Origin: a virus
Taxonomy: Duplodnaviria; Caudoviricetes
Strand: one strand, 5' to 3'
Virus record (IMG/VR): IMGVR_UViG_3300045539_000055
Span: 176 to 64,175 of that record
DNA length: 64,000 nt
The position numbers and the translations under genes are program-made. How positions within the stretch are numbered: position 1 is the first letter of the stretch; each line of letters begins with the position of its first letter. Of this stretch, positions 60,929 to 64,000 are shown piece by piece. The notes below the pieces were generated by a model. The model did no database searches. It saw nothing but the letters and a program-made list of their open reading frames with translations, and was not told the origin of the DNA.

Positions 60929-63748
60929 TTATGCATTTATAATATTACGTTTCGATAATTCGCATCCGTAATTTTTAAATGATACCGCACCTGTTGCGGC
61001 AGTATTATTCCCCATCCATATTGCAGCGTGATGATTCACTCCTGTATTATAATCTGAGGTTATAGTCAGAACACTCGTAGTGGTAGTAACACCTGTTGAG
61101 TTTACAACTTTTGTTAATTGAATATTTATTGCAGGAATACCTGATGTTTTCCAAATTCTTATTCTGTATGTACTCGCAGTGTCTGTTCCTAAGAAACCTG
61201 AGCCTAAATCAAGAGATGATGCAGTACCTGTAGCATCGTTCCATATAAAGAATAAATTAGCACTTCCTTGCAATTTAGCTACTCCTATACTGTTTATCAT
61301 AGCTGTAGGCTCTATGTTTGTTGGAGTTGCTGTAGCATACATCTGTGAAAGTCCTGCAAAAAATCTTTGAGCAGCATTATTTGTTCCAAATCTAAATCTA
61401 TATGAAAAATCAAAATCAAAATTTGCCCCAAAAAAAGCTGTGCTACCAAAGTTAGTTCCAAAGAAACCTGTTACAGAGCTAACTGCTGTTGCTGTAGTGA
61501 ATTGTATTCCCATTGGGTTCTCAGCTAATGCAGTAACTGTACCTGTAGTAAGAAGAGTTCCTCCAACTCTTAGTGTATCAAAAGTAATACTTGTATCTTT
61601 AGGAAGCATATACCCATACTGATTAACCATAAACTTATTGTACATAAAGTTGGTGTCATCAATAGTAATCTGAGGTATTGTAGTAGGATTTGTTACAACT
61701 ACAGTCTGACTTGGATTAGTCATCACAGCACTTACATTTGTAACTCCTGTGCCTGCCATAATACCACTTTGCTGAGTAACTGTCAATACTACAGAAGCAG
61801 TTGATGGAGCAGGTGGTATTGGAGACTCAAATGAAATAAAAACTGCTACATCTTGTGTGCTCCATACAAATTCATAATAATCTCCTGCTATTGCATCTAA
61901 AAGAAAATTCCAAGAAGGAAGATTATGCCCATCAAAACTTCCGTGTTTTTTAGGAACTAATACTATTCCCGATGAGCCGGGCACATCCACGCCATTCTTT
62001 CTAAGCCATATTGTAACATCGTGTTCGTTTGCTGTTGGATTTCTAAATTGAGCAGACCATTGAATATTATATATTCCTGTATTTGCTATTGTAATTCTTG
62101 AGTTACTAACAACAGTAACACCGTTAGACAAATCAGTTATACCTAATAACATTGGATAACCTGTATTTATAACAGTCGCTAATTGGTCTGTTACATCAGA
62201 GAATGCTCCATAATATCCTAAAGGTGTAGCTGCGGTATTTGTACCCCACTTCAAACCTGTTGGTGTCGTGCTATCCGCTAAAAGAACTTGAGTGTCTAAT
62301 CCAACCGGTAATCTTGCAGGAGCTGTATCAAAAGTATATAAATCCCCCTTAGTTGTAAGAGGAGATACAGTTACGGAACCATCTGCCATTAAAAATTGCA
62401 ATCCTGTTCCTGCATCTTTTACAAACGAACCACCTTTTACAGCACCTCTTAGTCGAGTAGATGTAATTGTAGTATGACCTATAGTAACGGTATTGTCTCC
62501 TTCTCCAACAGCATTTGCACCAATCACAATTTCATTTATTGAAGATGTGTTTAGTGATTTTGAGTTGAATCCTATGAATATACTTTCACTTGCTGTGAGT
62601 AAGTTTCCTGCTGAAGAAAATCTTCCGGCATCTCTACCCAAAGCTGATACATAACTTGCCTCAGCATTTAATAATGAAAAATTACCAACAATAGAGTTAT
62701 AGCTTCCTGCAACACTTGCTCTCAATGCTTCCTGACCAACAACAGTATTAAATATACCTGTTTGATTGATAAACATAGTTTCAGCTCCAATTGCAGTGTT
62801 TTTATCTGCCTTGTTATTTAATAAGACTCTATATCCTAATGCTGTATTAAAATTACCAATTACATTAGTTTGCAATGTTCCATATCCTAAAGATACATTT
62901 CCAATACCTGTTTGTGCAAGATATTGAGAGAACATACCAACAGAAGTGTTGTTATTTCCACTTATATTGGTATATAGTGAAGCATATCCAACAGCAGTAT
63001 TTCTTGCAGCTGTTGTGTTAAAAGATAAAGTGAAAGCTCCTACGCCTAAATTACCAAATCCTGATGAGTTTAATTCTAATGTTCTATATCCTAATGCTGT
63101 GTTATTGTTACTTCCGGGTCCTGTTCCTTTACCAAGCCTTAAAGTATTTATGAATATATCTTGATTAGCAGTGTCTCCCACAGCTACAACATCTCCTAAA
63201 GTTGGGGTTATTGCTACAGGAGCATTTACCCATCTTATACCGGATGCTGTTTTAGAAAGGAATTGACCTGTAGTTCCAATAGCTGATGTATCGTCTTGTA
63301 TGTTTCCGGGAATTATTTTTGTTGAGGTAATATCCCCAATAAGAGTAATGTTTTGAGTTGCAGTATTACCTGCATTCAATACAGCCTGAAGATTATCTAT
63401 AGGAACATTAGCCCAAGTAATACTTACAGCCCCTTTACTAAGAACTTGAAAAACAGTACCCTGACTTCCACTTGTATCTTCAATATTTACAGGTTTAATT
63501 AATGTGGAAGAAATAGTACCTGTTAAATTTATATTTTGAGTAGCTATATTCCCGGCATTAAGAACTGCCTGTAAATTAGTGGTAACAGTAATTTGACTTT
63601 GAAAAAATTGTAACAACTCCCCTAACGAAAAATTCTTTGTCGCAAGGGGAGTAGCAGATGGTATAGGTCTAATAGCTTCTGTACCTATTAGCCTATCGCT
63701 TAGTAATAAAGGAACATCCGCTGATGGATAAGTAGATATTTTTGCCAT
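60929..63748 (-). CDS. Tail fibre / spike protein
   Basis: MAKISTY anchor, LQAVLNAGN repeats, NTA.G..AL beta-roll repeats, TTKGDL, C1q-like and lectin-like C-terminal domains. Confidence 0.85.
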   Translation of the reverse strand: MAKISTYPSADVPLLLSDRLIGTEAIRPIPSATPLATKNFSLGELLQFFQSQITVTTNLQAVLNAGNIATQNINLTGTISSTLIKPVNIEDTSGSQGTVFQVLSKGAVSITWANVPIDNLQAVLNAGNTATQNITLIGDITSTKIIPGNIQDDTSAIGTTGQFLSKTASGIRWVNAPVAITPTLGDVVAVGDTANQDIFINTLRLGKGTGPGSNNNTALGYRTLELNSSGFGNLGVGAFTLSFNTTAARNTAVGYASLYTNISGNNNTSVGMFSQYLAQTGIGNVSLGYGTLQTNVIGNFNTALGYRVLLNNKADKNTAIGAETMFINQTGIFNTVVGQEALRASVAGSYNSIVGNFSLLNAEASYVSALGRDAGRFSSAGNLLTASESIFIGFNSKSLNTSSINEIVIGANAVGEGDNTVTIGHTTITSTRLRGAVKGGSFVKDAGTGLQFLMADGSVTVSPLTTKGDLYTFDTAPARLPVGLDTQVLLADSTTPTGLKWGTNTAATPLGYYGAFSDVTDQLATVINTGYPMLLGITDLSNGVTVVSNSRITIANTGIYNIQWSAQFRNPTANEHDVTIWLRKNGVDVPGSSGIVLVPKKHGSFDGHNLPSWNFLLDAIAGDYYEFVWSTQDVAVFISFESPIPPAPSTASVVLTVTQQSGIMAGTGVTNVSAVMTNPSQTVVVTNPTTIPQITIDDTNFMYNKFMVNQYGYMLPKDTSITFDTLRVGGTLLTTGTVTALAENPMGIQFTTATAVSSVTGFFGTNFGSTAFFGANFDFDFSYRFRFGTNNAAQRFFAGLSQMYATATPTNIEPTAMINSIGVAKLQGSANLFFIWNDATGTASSLDLGSGFLGTDTASTYRIRIWKTSGIPAINIQLTKVVNSTGVTTTTSVLTITSDYNTGVNHHAAIWMGNNTAATGAVSFKNYGCELSKRNIINA

Positions 63749-63761
63749 TTCATTTTATTAA

Positions 63762-64000
63762 TTATATTACTACTTTTAAAATTCCATCTCCTGAGACATT
63801 TGTGTAATAAAAAGCTCCTACCGTTAAACCTCCTGCAAGTGCAGCTGCATTATCTGCATAATCTACTAATCCTACAACTTGAAGTTTTGATGTCGGAGCA
63901 CCTGTGGTTCCTATTCCTACATTCCCTGAAGCTGCAATACGCATTTTTTCATCAATAACAGAGGCTGTTCCTCCAATACCTGTTTCAAAAATAATATCAG
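63762..64000 (-). CDS. 3' end of a tail fibre gene (probably the gene starting at 1270)
   Basis: Open to the window end: DIIFETG...EKMRIAASGNVGIGTT...YADNAAALAGGL..G..Y. Confidence 0.75.
   Translation of the reverse strand, partial: DIIFETGIGGTASVIDEKMRIAASGNVGIGTTGAPTSKLQVVGLVDYADNAAALAGGLTVGAFYYTNVSGDGILKVVI

Noticed and set aside
63061-63075. CTGATGAG as a fifth hammerhead
   Set aside because: Antisense within a fibre gene, with no stem II/GAAA or flanking stems.
2030-63164. Numerous short antisense or alternate-frame ORFs in the track (for example 2030, 3137, 8580, 9477, 29842, 32229, 58425)
   Set aside because: Shadow ORFs overlapping well-supported genes, with no independent motifs.
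1-64000. Stop-codon reassignment, diversity-generating retroelement, or integrase/lysogeny module
   Set aside because: Genes are intact in the standard code, and no reverse transcriptase, TR/VR pair or recombinase was recognised.

Overview
Nearly complete (~64 kb, probably circularly permuted) genome of an AT-rich podovirus-type dsDNA phage. The host is inferred to be Bacteroidota/Flavobacteriia from TAnnTTTG promoters, SD-less A-rich leaders and a BT4734/VirE-type primase. The minus-strand arm carries fibres, a GroES-like protein, 2OG-Fe(II) oxygenase, terminase, portal, scaffold, major capsid, tail and three ejection proteins (29.5-64 kb), and continues at 1-10.7 kb with GroEL/GroES, a cluster of small basic proteins, lysis genes and a second fibre. 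The plus-strand arm (11.2-29.5 kb) carries early genes (amidoligase, GATase-GGCT fusion, many small ORFs) and recombination/replication genes (Sak, RecE-like exonuclease, SSB, primase-helicase, SF2 helicase, two DnaA-domain-IV-like proteins). I recognised no DNA polymerase, RNA polymerase, integrase, tRNA or CRISPR array. Most notable non-coding features: (1) four covarying type III hammerhead ribozymes punctuate the early operon, each directly behind a hairpin and ~20 nt before a start codon; (2) a 16-bp palindrome GTGTCTTnnA/GAGACAC occurs at 13 or more sites, including inside essential genes in three reading frames; (3) a ~280-nt multibranched ncRNA lies among small basic proteins that share RPDTPLAxTP(E/D) or TPxLPxSSRMxMPM motifs; (4) an H-type pseudoknot precedes ssb; (5) a structured RNA follows the capsid gene; (6) there are twin origin-like regions and a CCGCT/TACAGC array at the probable genome end. 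All calls were made by eye; no searches were run.
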